A stretch of 63,955 bases of DNA, filler included, from Candidatus Coatesbacteria bacterium (GTDB lineage: Bacteria > JAFGND01), in NCBI GenBank assembly GCA_016927185.1. It is 5 parts of 5 records of this genome, joined end to end, with 100 filler letters (N's around TTAATTAATTAA, not from the genome) between each part and the next. Parts side by side here need not be neighbours in the genome. Positions count along the whole stretch, not along the records: positions 1 to 20,836 come from JAFGND010000080.1; positions 20,937 to 47,813 come from JAFGND010000081.1; 3 more parts are not named here. The stretch is one strand, 5' to 3'. The first letter of the stretch is position 1, and each line of letters starts with the position of its first letter. Shown here piece by piece: positions 19,899 through 28,844 of the stretch. A model generated the notes under the pieces. The model made no database searches. It was given only the letters and a program-made list of their open reading frames with translations, and was not told the DNA's origin. The position numbers were made by a program, and so were the translations under genes.

Positions 19899-20039
19899 TT
19901 AGACAGTTATTGAAATTCTTTTGCGTCCTCTTGCTCTTCTTCTCTTGAAGATCAATCTTCCACTATGCGTTGCATTTCTGTTTCTGAAGCCATGAGTATT
20001 TCTTCTTTTTCTCTTGCTTGGCTGGAAAGTCCTTTTCAT
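19899..20039 (-). CDS. rpmH: 50S ribosomal protein L34 (absent from the ORF track)
   Basis: Translates [46 protein letters not shown] (46 aa); GGAGG RBS. Confidence 0.95.
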   Translation of the reverse strand: MKRTFQPSKRKRRNTHGFRNRNATHSGRLIFKRRRARGRKRISITV

Positions 20040-20151
20040 CACTTGCCTCCATTTATTACTATGGTCAAATTCCACTTTACTTGCTTTTCAGTCAAGAAAG
20101 TTGTAAAAATTTAATGGAAAAGTTCAAGACATGGTGGACTGAGTTATGAAA

Positions 20152-20229
20152 CTCACCCCTGCCTTTCTCTTTGTTGACACCTCACCCCTTGCCCCCTCTC
20201 CTTGTAGGAGAGGGGGCAAGGGGTGAGGT
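20152..20229. repeat. REP-like GC-rich palindrome
   Basis: Perfect 24-bp stem ACCTCACCCCTTGCCCCCTCTCCT-tgt-AGGAGAGGGGGCAAGGGGTGAGGT (20179-20229), preceded by a partial copy CTCACCCCTGCC. Confidence 0.75.
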
Positions 20230-20281
20230 TAAAAATTGAACAATTCTACCAAAGTAAAGCCTTTTCTATTGGATGTTAAAA

Positions 20282-20836
20282 CTAGTTTATCTTCACAATC
20301 CTCTTTGTTTCCTCCCCAGCCTTTACTATATAAATTCCCTCTCTCCACCTGCTAGTATCAATAGAGTGCTTGCCTTTGTTCAGTTCTGTTATAAATTGCC
20401 CGGTAATAGAATAGATCCTTGCTTTGTCAGATGTTTCTATAGTCAATCTGTCTCTGAATGGATTGGGATGTGCGGAGAGGGAGGGAGAGGGAAGCTGCTG
20501 AGAGGTTCTTCCGTCTTCAAAACCTTTCTTCTCTCCAATATTCACTGCATAAAGATAGCCATCTTCACATCCAAAGTAAATAATACTGTCTTCAATGCAT
20601 GGAGTGGTTCTTATTTCTGCATCTGCCTTGAATATCCATCTCCTTACACCATCATTTGTATTTATTGCATGAAGATAGCCAAACTCGCTTCCTATATATA
20701 CAGTTTCATTTGCAACACATGGAGAAGAGTATGATATTGTACCCAACAAGGATCTCCATATGAGATCTCCATTATTTGCATTTAGAGCATATAGATACTT
20801 ACTATATTCTGAAGCATAGTAAACAACTCCCTTTGA
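20282..20836 (-). CDS. PQQ-repeat beta-propeller protein with T9SS-like CTD (5'-truncated by contig end)
   Basis: SSP.V...VYIGS..GYL.AIN repeats; C-terminal PNPF...GIYIVK...KRIVKIN. Confidence 0.8.
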   Translation of the reverse strand, partial: SKGVVYYASEYSKYLYALNANNGDLIWRSLLGTISYSSPCVANETVYIGSEFGYLHAINTNDGVRRWIFKADAEIRTTPCIEDSIIYFGCEDGYLYAVNIGEKKGFEDGRTSQQLPSPSLSAHPNPFRDRLTIETSDKARIYSITGQFITELNKGKHSIDTSRWREGIYIVKAGEETKRIVKIN

Positions 20837-20936
20837 NNNNNNNNNNNNNNNNNNNNNNNNNNNNNNNNNNNNNNNNNNNNTTAATTAATTAANNNNNNNN
20901 NNNNNNNNNNNNNNNNNNNNNNNNNNNNNNNNNNNN
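20837..20936. other. Artificial contig linker
   Basis: N-run containing TTAATTAATTAA (stops in all six frames), 100 bp in total. Confidence 0.98.
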
Positions 20937-21650
20937 CCAGGTTTTTATGCTTAAAATATCTTCCCAGAAGCCAAAATCCTTTGGATACTTTCTGAACCAT
21001 CTTACACCTCTTACTGGACCATAAAGAAAGAAGCTTAAACCGAAAAGAAAAAGCAGGAAGGTGATTATTATCTTCTTTGGTTCCTTATAACCTCTATAAA
21101 TCAAGTAAAGAGCTATAAATGGAGCAAATAAAACTATTGTTTGATGATGATTTGTGCTCAAGCCTACAACATATCCTATTATATAAGCATATCTCCAATT
21201 CCTTGTTTGTTCAAATTTCCATACAAGCAGAAACAATAGAACTATGAATAACAGGTTTAGAGTATATACTTCAGGTATATTTGCCTGAGACCACATGACA
21301 GGACTAAAACCTATCAATAAAACAATAATGGGAGGAATTAGCTTGTTGTTTGTTATTTGTTCCAGTAACAGGTATAAAATCCATAATGAAATAACTCCCC
21401 ATAGACCTGATAAAATGCTTAATATATAAAATGTGTTAACAGGAGAAAAATCAGTAAACAGTTTACCCATGCAAATATAAAGTGGGTATCCAGAAGTTAC
21501 ACTAAATCCCAAAAATCTTGATGTAATGGCTAATTGAACGCTATCTCCCTTGCTGATAACAATACCTGGAGGAGTAGTATAGAAATAGATTGATCCTATG
21601 AACAAGAGTGTTATAAGGATTAAACTATGCTTCTTCAGAAATTTTATCAT
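20937..21650 (-). CDS. DUF2723 / TMEM260-like membrane glycosyltransferase (3'-truncated)
   Basis: GDS..L, GYPLY, WSQA...EVYTL, HH motifs; multiple TM helices. Confidence 0.8.
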
Positions 21651-21652
21651 TT

Positions 21653-21682
21653 AAAAAAAAGCCCATAGAGAACTATGGGCTT
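21653..21682 (-). terminator. Intrinsic terminator after the PQQ-repeat gene
   Basis: AAGCCCATAG-agaa-CTATGGGCTT with an A-tract on the left. Confidence 0.7.
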
Positions 21683-21701
21683 AAATACTTCCAGACAATC
21701 A

Positions 21702-23126
21702 TTATTTAAGAACTAAGAACTTCTTTTTAATCAATTCTCCGTTATTGCTTATATTAATGAAATAGACACCATTGTTTATTTGAGATGGAATCTGCCATGA
21801 ATAAGTATGAGAGCCTGATTTAACTTTTCCAAAGTCCTTTATTAATCTGCCATTAACATCATATACTTTCATGTTAGAATCATTTTCAAGTGTGCATCTG
21901 AATTTCAGTATATCTTTAACTGGGTTGCATAAAATATCAAGAGATGATTTTTGGGGAAGTTTTCTGGCAGTTTTCTGGTCTTTGAAACCAGTTGTACCAG
22001 TTATAGCCACTACAGTACCATTATCAAGAGGAACTATTATCTGTCCGTTTGCTGCTAATGCTAGTTCTCCTGATACTGCACTTGCCAGATTATATTTCCA
22101 CTCAAGGGTTCCATCTCTGTGCAGGCAATGCAACCAGCCATCTTCTGAAACAAAAATTACGTCTCCGGTAACATCAACCAAAGCTTGTTTTCTTATTGCA
22201 TCATTAGCAGTAAATAGCCAGTTTCTTGAACTATCTTGCTTGATACTATGGATTTTATAGTCGTCGCAGCCAACGTTGATATTGCCATTCTGATCAATGG
22301 AAGGGACACACTGGCTTTCTCCACTTAATCTGTATGTCCAGTAAATAGTCTGGTTTTCTGCATCATGGCAATATACAACCATGCTTTCACCAGTGAAATA
22401 GAGATTACCGCTAGCATCTACTGATGCAGGATAATAAATTGAAGAAGTATCATAATACCAGCGAACACTTCCTGATTTTTCAAGCATAGTCAAATGACTT
22501 CTTGAAGAAACGAACACTCCACCTGATCTGTCCAGAGTTGGAGCAAAAACCGAGGAAGCATCTACATCGACAGACCATTTAAGACCACCAATAGAATTAA
22601 CACAATAAATATAACCATTGTTAGCTCCAAAATATACATTACCATAATCGTCTACTATTGGAGCTCCTGTCATGGTTGAAGAGAATCTGTAAGACCATTT
22701 CATGTTTCCATCATGGAAATAGCAATAAAAATATCCATCATTACTTCCGAAATATACCTGTCCATCTCCATCAATACAAGGAGTTGTTCTGATATCTCCA
22801 TAAGTTATTTCTTTCCAGACTAAACCACCATTACTATTAATACAATAGAACCAGTTATCATCTGAGCCAAAGAATATTCTTCCATCATGATTTATTGCTA
22901 CGCCGCCATATATTGGATAACCAACTTCATAAGTCCATGCTTTTTGAATATTCACATCTGGTCCATCATAGTTACTCTGAGCTGTCCTGTATTGATTCTG
23001 ACCAAAGCATGGCCATGCACCAGTATTTGCTTCATCCAGCATCTTTGAAGTAAGCATCACTCTTGAGTTCGCGAAGAGCAAACCTATTGAGCAGAAAAGA
23101 ATTACAATCACAAAAAAGTATTTCAT
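21702..23126 (-). CDS. PQQ-like beta-propeller protein with T9SS-like CTD
   Basis: Signal peptide, WPCFG, G..YFGS.DG.FYC....G..KW repeats, C-terminal NP...YDVNGRLI...GVYFI. Confidence 0.85.
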   Translation of the reverse strand: MKYFFVIVILFCSIGLLFANSRVMLTSKMLDEANTGAWPCFGQNQYRTAQSNYDGPDVNIQKAWTYEVGYPIYGGVAINHDGRIFFGSDDNWFYCINSNGGLVWKEITYGDIRTTPCIDGDGQVYFGSNDGYFYCYFHDGNMKWSYRFSSTMTGAPIVDDYGNVYFGANNGYIYCVNSIGGLKWSVDVDASSVFAPTLDRSGGVFVSSRSHLTMLEKSGSVRWYYDTSSIYYPASVDASGNLYFTGESMVVYCHDAENQTIYWTYRLSGESQCVPSIDQNGNINVGCDDYKIHSIKQDSSRNWLFTANDAIRKQALVDVTGDVIFVSEDGWLHCLHRDGTLEWKYNLASAVSGELALAANGQIIVPLDNGTVVAITGTTGFKDQKTARKLPQKSSLDILCNPVKDILKFRCTLENDSNMKVYDVNGRLIKDFGKVKSGSHTYSWQIPSQINNGVYFINISNNGELIKKKFLVLK

Positions 23127-23297
23127 TATACACCTCCACTTTCCTACATTGTTATTAGATGTAGGTTTTGTATTATTCTTTTTTTGTCAAGTAATTAATA
23201 ATGTTGGTTTAATTGCAAATCTACTCTTCCTGGGCAAGAGATGAGAATTTGATAAATTGATTTTATTATAAAAATCAAGAAGAAGTATTTTTTTCCT

Positions 23298-24533
23298 TTA
23301 TTCCTTATATCTTGCTTTGCTGCATAACTTTTTTCTGAGGAGATCCAGAGAATATACAATTGCCAACTCTCTTATGACTGCTCTTGAGCCTTTAAAAAAA
23401 TGTCTTTCAGAAATTGTTTTCATATCTGCACAGGCAATTGCTATACAGACTGTTCCTACTGGTTTATCTGAAGATCCTCCATCAGGCCCAGCTATTCCCG
23501 TTATTGCAAGAGCATAATCAGAATTGAATTTTTTCATGCAAGATTTAGCCATTTCTTCAGCAACTTCAACAGAAACTGCCCCATATTTTTCCAGGAGCTT
23601 GTCGGAAACTTTCAACAGTTTTCTCTTGGCATCATTTGAATAAGCGATTATCCCTCCCTTGAAATAGGAAGAACTGCCTTTTAATTCGGTTATGCGTCCT
23701 CCAAGTAGTCCACCAGTACAGCTCTCTGCTATTGAAAGAGATTCTTTTCTTTCAATCAATTTTCTATGTATGAAGTTATAGAGATTATCTTCGTCGAAGC
23801 CTATGAATTTATCTTCAAGAAGTGAACAAAGTATTTTTGATTGACTTAGAATCCATTTTTTATTATTGCTAGTTAATCTGACTTCTAATGTCCCAAGTTT
23901 GGGAAGAAAAGCAATATTATTGCAGCCAGTTGATCTTTCTTCATAGATGTTTGAAAGCTCACTTTCAGGTTGTCTTGCACAGTTGATAATCCTGTTGTAT
24001 TTTTTTTCCTTGATGCTGAATTTTTTCTTTATATAGTCGGAGACACCATTTTCCCAAAGTGATTTCACTTCTCTCGGTACTCCAGGTAAAAGAATAATCG
24101 TTCGATGTTCATCATTGAATATTAGCGATGGAGCAGTTCCTTCGGGATTTTTTATTACAGTACATCCTTCTATGATTTCACCTTGTGTCTTGTTTGATTT
24201 TGGCATTTTCCTGTTTCTTTTTTTAAAGAAATTCTGGGTGTTCTTATATAATTCTTCATTGAATACCAGCTTCTTTTTGATTGCTTCAGCAACAGCATAC
24301 TTCGTGAAATCATCTGGGGTGGGTCCTAAACCACCTGTTATAATAATCATATCACTTTTTTCCCTTAATTCCAGAAATACTTCTTTGATAATTTCCTTTA
24401 TATCTCCTATTGTAATATGATAAGATAAGAATAAATTGATCTTTGAAAGCTCTGTTCCTATAAAAGCTGCATTTGTATCAATAGTATGTCCAATTAGTAC
24501 TTCTGTTCCAACAGTCAATAGTGAAATCTTCAT
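23298..24533 (-). CDS. cinA: CinA family competence/damage-inducible protein (NMN deamidase)
   Basis: VGTE.L.G..DTN, TGGLGPT.DD.T, LPGVPRE, AESCTGG, GAVS.EVA, TGIAGPDGG. Confidence 0.94.
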   Translation of the reverse strand: MKISLLTVGTEVLIGHTIDTNAAFIGTELSKINLFLSYHITIGDIKEIIKEVFLELREKSDMIIITGGLGPTPDDFTKYAVAEAIKKKLVFNEELYKNTQNFFKKRNRKMPKSNKTQGEIIEGCTVIKNPEGTAPSLIFNDEHRTIILLPGVPREVKSLWENGVSDYIKKKFSIKEKKYNRIINCARQPESELSNIYEERSTGCNNIAFLPKLGTLEVRLTSNNKKWILSQSKILCSLLEDKFIGFDEDNLYNFIHRKLIERKESLSIAESCTGGLLGGRITELKGSSSYFKGGIIAYSNDAKRKLLKVSDKLLEKYGAVSVEVAEEMAKSCMKKFNSDYALAITGIAGPDGGSSDKPVGTVCIAIACADMKTISERHFFKGSRAVIRELAIVYSLDLLRKKLCSKARYKE

Positions 24534-24670
24534 TGGATTCTCCTTGAAATATCTTTTGACAGACATCCAGACTGATATCATCCCTCAGGTATTATAGTCA
24601 ATATTATTCGAAGATCCGGATAAATTTTCAATTGACTTAATTTGCTTTAATAATCTAACAAGCAATAGTC

Positions 24671-25753
24671 ATGGAAAACAAGATTGGTGTAGGGAATTTA
24701 TTCTCATTATTTGGTCAGAGTATTACATATGGAATAAATAGAACCAATGAAGCTTTGATTAAATCATTCTCTTTGAAACGTTATGTTTATCTTGGATGGC
24801 TATTCTTTTTAGCTTCTCTGGGACAAATGGGAATACCCAATTTTAATTCAGGTTCCAACAATTTCGGAAGATCATCACAATCATCAGCATTTTTCAAGGA
24901 ATCCTTTGATTTCATTAAAGATAATGTTGCATTGGTGATTGTAATATCAATTATTATTTTCATAATATTCATAAGTTTTATGCTCCTTCTCAAATATATT
25001 GGAGCAAGATACAGGATGGTATGGTTAAGAACTCTGCTTAAAGCTCCATTTTTCGAGAGTTATGACAAATCTAGTATTCATCTCGGGAATAGCCTGTTTG
25101 TTTTTGAACTTGTAGTCCAGTCAATAATTATTGCCATTCTATTGATTTCATCTATACCATTGATAATTTACTTGATTGCTTTGTTTCCAGATATTAGTGA
25201 GATATTGGATTCTCCTGGCGAAGAAATCATTCCAGTAATTATTTTACTTCTTTTTGTAATTTTCTTTGTAGTAATTCCAGTTTCAATTATATTTTCAATG
25301 ATAAATACCCTGACTAATGATTTTGTTATTCCTGTTATGGATAGCAAAGGAATGCGCTGTTATGAAACATGGAAACTTCTATATCCATTCTTTAAAGCCA
25401 ATTTCTGGAGTCTTTTTTTATATATAATATCTATTGGTTTTTGTATGGGAATTTTGAATGGACTCCTTAGTGTCTTAAGCTTCTTCATTATCTTACCTGT
25501 GGGACTATTTTTAGCTGGATTTGCAATATTAGGATGGATAATCGCGGGGGGCTGGAATCCAGCACTTCTGATTTTGTACATACCTTTAGGTTTGTTTTTA
25601 GCAGTCTCAGTTTGGTTCATAATTCTTTTATTCATGCTGCCAGCTGGAGCTTTAAGAAGATACATAAGTTATGATATGATTACAAAAATGAAACCGGATT
25701 TATTTGACTTAAATGACTCTCTGCTTTTGCCAGAGGATAAAGATTTCTCTTAA
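24671..25753 (+). CDS. Hypothetical multi-pass membrane protein
   Basis: 360-aa ORF with about six hydrophobic segments; DFVIPVM motif. Confidence 0.75.
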   Translation: MENKIGVGNLFSLFGQSITYGINRTNEALIKSFSLKRYVYLGWLFFLASLGQMGIPNFNSGSNNFGRSSQSSAFFKESFDFIKDNVALVIVISIIIFIIFISFMLLLKYIGARYRMVWLRTLLKAPFFESYDKSSIHLGNSLFVFELVVQSIIIAILLISSIPLIIYLIALFPDISEILDSPGEEIIPVIILLLFVIFFVVIPVSIIFSMINTLTNDFVIPVMDSKGMRCYETWKLLYPFFKANFWSLFLYIISIGFCMGILNGLLSVLSFFIILPVGLFLAGFAILGWIIAGGWNPALLILYIPLGLFLAVSVWFIILLFMLPAGALRRYISYDMITKMKPDLFDLNDSLLLPEDKDFS

Positions 25754-26704
25754 AATAGATTCTTTCATTTTCATTGCATCTTTTTTGTCATATATAACAA
25801 AACTGGCTGAAGCTGCTCCTTTATGACCGTCACCAATATTCAAAGTCCTGAATATCTCCCCAAGATCAATCTTGTCGTCTTTCACTCCAAATCCAAGAGA
25901 AAAAGAGAGGAGAAGATCAGCTTTTTTTGATTTATTCTGGAATTTATTGGAAATTACCAGAACTGCTAATGATCTCGGATAATGTATGAATGCCAAAGGT
26001 CTCAAGATAGCATTCTGGAAACGTAACCTGGTTTGGTCTATTATCACAATTTCATTATTTACATCTTCCTTCAAGAAATAGATAATTGGTTTTATCATTT
26101 CAAGATTGTGTTTTATAAAAGCTCTATAAGAACTATCTTTGCTCTTTATTTCCTTCATCTCACATAATTTTTGAGGTGTCAGTTCCTTGATGAGATTTGT
26201 CAATCTATTTAGAAAAACGATTTTCTTGTTTAAATCATCGCATTTATCTTTTATTGCAAAGTCTAATATCCTTGATGGTTTTTCTGCCAACCATTCCAGG
26301 GGTGAATCATATTTGAAGCTATCTACTTCATCTGCAATATCTATGTAAGATTTAAGTATATCAGAGAAAGAGATCTTATCCTTGAAATAATTATAAATGA
26401 CTCTGGCACAAGAATCTTGCTCGGAAAAGCTTCCAGGAATACTTGTAATATCTATTTTCCTGTAATTCAAATCTTCAAGATTCCCTGTATGATGATCAAA
26501 CCATGCCCCGCAGCATGTACTATAAGGCAGATCGCATATTATATCAGTTTCAAGGAGAACATGTTTCTTGTTGATGATATTTGTCGGACCAGTAAAGAGA
26601 AACTGTTTTATGCCTGTAATAGATGATAAAAGGGATGATGATATTACCCCGTCTAAATCGTTGTGAGAAACAATCCTCTTATAGTTGTCTTTGTTAAATT
26701 CCAT
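25709..26704 (-). CDS. DHH family phosphoesterase
   Basis: HNDLDG, DLP, WFDHH, SCAR, GDGHKGAA. Confidence 0.85.
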   Translation of the reverse strand: MEFNKDNYKRIVSHNDLDGVISSSLLSSITGIKQFLFTGPTNIINKKHVLLETDIICDLPYSTCCGAWFDHHTGNLEDLNYRKIDITSIPGSFSEQDSCARVIYNYFKDKISFSDILKSYIDIADEVDSFKYDSPLEWLAEKPSRILDFAIKDKCDDLNKKIVFLNRLTNLIKELTPQKLCEMKEIKSKDSSYRAFIKHNLEMIKPIIYFLKEDVNNEIVIIDQTRLRFQNAILRPLAFIHYPRSLAVLVISNKFQNKSKKADLLLSFSLGFGVKDDKIDLGEIFRTLNIGDGHKGAASASFVIYDKKDAMKMKESILREIFILWQKQRVI

Positions 26705-26934
26705 ACTACTGGCAATTTGATATCAGATGTTTCAGTCAAGAGGAAAAATGGATTGACATATTCATTTACAGCAAATTTAAATATTCCATCAGAAATATCA
26801 AAACGTTTAAGAGATTTTTTGAAATCTTTTAAGGGATTGATAATCAATTAATTATAAAAGCGTTTGACAAAAAATTAAGGAAATTGATAGACAGACCTAT
26901 TGCATAAGCTACCAAGCTTTCCAAAGGAGCTAAT

Positions 26935-27402
26935 ATGGAAATATTAGATTTAATTCCCAGACAGCAAATTCTTATTCAAATTCCAGAAACAGATAAATCA
27001 GAAATATTGATGAAGATGCTGCAAGTCTTTAAATATAGATGGAAGGATATGGATGAATCTTCATTGATAAAAGCTTTACTCGAGAGAGAAAAACTTGGAA
27101 GTCCTTACCTTCCATGTCAGCTTGCAATCCCGCATGTAAGAATCCCAAATATAGAAGAAGAATTAGCTGCTTTTGCAACACTTGAAAAAATTGTTGATTT
27201 TGCTGAGAAGGGAGATAGTATTCCAAAACCAACTCAACTAGTTTTTCTGGTATTGTCTCCTGAAAATAGAATAAAGGAATACTTAACTATTTTATCTAAA
27301 ATATCAACCATAGTAAGTAGAAATAACACATCTAAGTATTTGATTGAAGCTAAGAGTAGTCAGGAGGTTGTTGATATCTTGGCATTAGCTAATCAAACAT
27401 GA
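26935..27402 (+). CDS. PTS EIIA (Ntr/fructose-type) domain protein
   Basis: LLERE.LGS....LAIPH.R, LVFL.LSP, L..LSKI. Confidence 0.85.
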   Translation: MEILDLIPRQQILIQIPETDKSEILMKMLQVFKYRWKDMDESSLIKALLEREKLGSPYLPCQLAIPHVRIPNIEEELAAFATLEKIVDFAEKGDSIPKPTQLVFLVLSPENRIKEYLTILSKISTIVSRNNTSKYLIEAKSSQEVVDILALANQT

Positions 27403-27518
27403 ATACCGAAATAGTATTTCTAGTCTATGTTTTCCTTGCTCTAAGATTATTTTTGCTGTTTGGTTTGGGATATTTGATATATATAGAGATAAAAAAACTG
27501 AGGAAGAAACAAAAGTAG
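27399..27518 (+). CDS. 39-aa single-TM small protein (absent from the ORF track)
   Basis: MNTEIVFLVYVFLALRLFLLFGLGYLIYIEIKKLRKKQK; ATGA overlap with the EIIA stop; ends just before the RBS of the next gene. Confidence 0.55.
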   Translation: MNTEIVFLVYVFLALRLFLLFGLGYLIYIEIKKLRKKQK

Positions 27519-27526
27519 AGGTTTTA

Positions 27527-27850
27527 ATGTCTGATTTCATGAATGATTTGAAAAAACTTATAGATGAAGAAAACAAGCTGGTATCAGAAAAAGAAAAAAT
27601 CAAAAAAATGCAAGATGAAGAAATAGCAAGGATAGAAGAGGAAGGGAAAGCACAATTAAATGAAATTGAAGGAAATAAAAATGAAATAAAGAAAAAGATC
27701 ATAGAAGAGAATTATGAGAAACTGGAAAAGGAAATAAATAACTTAGAAATAGAAAAGGACAGGAATATTGAGAAAAAAAGAATAATATATGAAAAAATGA
27801 AAAAACAATTGCTTCAAAAGCTTCTCAAACAATTCTTTTGCGGACAATAA
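27527..27850 (+). CDS. V/A-type ATPase subunit G/H-like coiled-coil protein
   Basis: E/K-rich coiled coil at the head of the ATPase operon. Confidence 0.65.
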   Translation: MSDFMNDLKKLIDEENKLVSEKEKIKKMQDEEIARIEEEGKAQLNEIEGNKNEIKKKIIEENYEKLEKEINNLEIEKDRNIEKKRIIYEKMKKQLLQKLLKQFFCGQ

Positions 27851-27851
27851 T

Positions 27852-28844
27852 ATGCAAGTAACTGGTGTGAGTGTAATAGCTAGAGTACATGCAAGAAAGA
27901 GCTATTTCCTCAACAAATCTGATTTCGAAGAGTTACTGTCGTTTAATTTCAATCAAGCCGCAGATTGGCTTTTCAAGCATAAAGGATATCAAGGATTAAT
28001 ACCAGTAAAAGGCAAGCTGTTGGACTGGCAAACCAGAGTTTTACTAAAAGAGGTGAGTCTTTTCTCCATCTGGGCACAAGGCAAGTTTTATGAAACTCTA
28101 AAATGGTTTGTTGGACAGAAGGAACTGATAAATATAAAAATAGCAATAAGATACCTGGAACTGGAGCAGAAAATAAAACCAGAAGATTTAGTTGATATAG
28201 GGTCATGGAGTTATGTCAGAAATGGTGAATTAGCGGATATCCAATCAATCAATAATCTCATGGATCTATATATAAAGAAGCCTATTTATAACTTCCTGAA
28301 AAATGCATTAGAGAGATACAAAAATCACAAGAATCTAGGTTTTCTGGAAACGGAATTGGATTCTGAGTATTACAAGTTGTGGATTAGTTCAACCAAATCA
28401 TCCATTACCAAGAATATTCTAAACTCGCTGATATCATGGAAAAACCTTGAAACCCTTATAAGATGCAGAGAAATCTATAAACTTGATTGGATAGATGCTG
28501 CCAACCTGTTTGCTTATTCAAAAGAACCTTTTACTCTTAAAGTATTATCAGAACTTTACCTCTCAGCATTCAACCAATGGAAAGTCATACTTCCTTATCC
28601 ATTCAGGAATAATATTGAGTTCATGAAATCGGAGGATATTAATTATGGTATTATTCTCCCTTTGAAAAAGGAATTTGTTTCAAGATGCAGGAGTCTTATT
28701 ACGCAAAGCAGCTTTAAACCAGAAGGTTCTCTTGCTTTTTTGTATTTAAAGTCTATTGAGATTGAAAATATAGCATTATGTCTTCAGGGAATAGATATGG
28801 GTTTCAGCAAAGATGAAATTCTAGGAGAATTAGTTTATGTTTAA
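27852..28844 (+). CDS. V/A-type ATPase subunit C (d)
   Basis: ARV.A.KS.FL, E..N.K..IR, E..LD..YY, L.LK..EI.N; operon position. Confidence 0.8.
   Translation: MQVTGVSVIARVHARKSYFLNKSDFEELLSFNFNQAADWLFKHKGYQGLIPVKGKLLDWQTRVLLKEVSLFSIWAQGKFYETLKWFVGQKELINIKIAIRYLELEQKIKPEDLVDIGSWSYVRNGELADIQSINNLMDLYIKKPIYNFLKNALERYKNHKNLGFLETELDSEYYKLWISSTKSSITKNILNSLISWKNLETLIRCREIYKLDWIDAANLFAYSKEPFTLKVLSELYLSAFNQWKVILPYPFRNNIEFMKSEDINYGIILPLKKEFVSRCRSLITQSSFKPEGSLAFLYLKSIEIENIALCLQGIDMGFSKDEILGELVYV

Noticed and set aside
20837-20936. TTAATTAATTAA repeats flanked by N-runs (four copies)
   Set aside because: Artificial linkers for contig concatenation; ORF-track entries running into X residues are truncations
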